From positions 1 through 37,108 of IMG/VR virus record IMGVR_UViG_3300027732_000061: 37,108 nucleotides of DNA; one strand, 5' to 3'. The translations under genes were made by a program, and so were the position numbers. Position 1 is the stretch's first letter. Each line of letters starts with the position of its first letter. Source of the stretch: a virus. Its lineage: Duplodnaviria > Caudoviricetes. The notes below the pieces were generated by a model. That model saw only the letters and a list, made by a program, of their open reading frames with translations, was not told where the DNA came from and did no database searches. Below are positions 37,030 through 37,108 of this stretch, one piece after another.

Positions 37030-37108
37030 TTGAGAGAAAGGTTTGGGACAAATAACCAGACGTATTCACTATATTCAGGTTCAATTCCATTCACAAGAAA
37101 TTCAGAAT
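37026..37108 (-). CDS. 3' end of a hypothetical protein (5' part outside window)
   Basis: Open frame ...SEFLVNGIEPEYSEYVWLFVPNLSLK-stop with ATGA coupling to the next ORF. Confidence 0.5.
   Translation of the reverse strand, partial: SEFLVNGIEPEYSEYVWLFVPNLSLK

Overview
AT-rich (roughly 30% GC by eye) segment of a T4-like cyanomyophage (Kyanoviridae-type) genome. Every credible gene is on the minus strand. In transcription order (right to left): small hypothetical ORFs; a ~1 kb non-coding control region; two small ORFs; a GT-A-like glycosyltransferase, a 45-aa basic protein, a conserved hypothetical and an SpeD-like decarboxylase; then the virion module gp25-gp6-gp7 (3888 aa)-gp8-VrlC/DUF4815-like (2494 aa)-small proteins-fibre-gp13-gp14-gp15-gp16; an inserted modular protein with a T4-type capsid-targeting sequence; an NblA-like ORF; and gp17 (cut by the window edge, missing from the ORF track). 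The most unusual element is 35980-36670, which resembles a cyanobacterial oriC: 12 perfect TTTTCCACA DnaA boxes plus one variant, mostly phased at 20-22 bp, DnaA-trio-like triplets, AT-rich flanks, and a perfect TTGACA-N17-TATAAT promoter firing against all the genes. It is a candidate host-DnaA-dependent origin or DnaA-titrating decoy. All assignments come from motif recognition and synteny; no searches were run.
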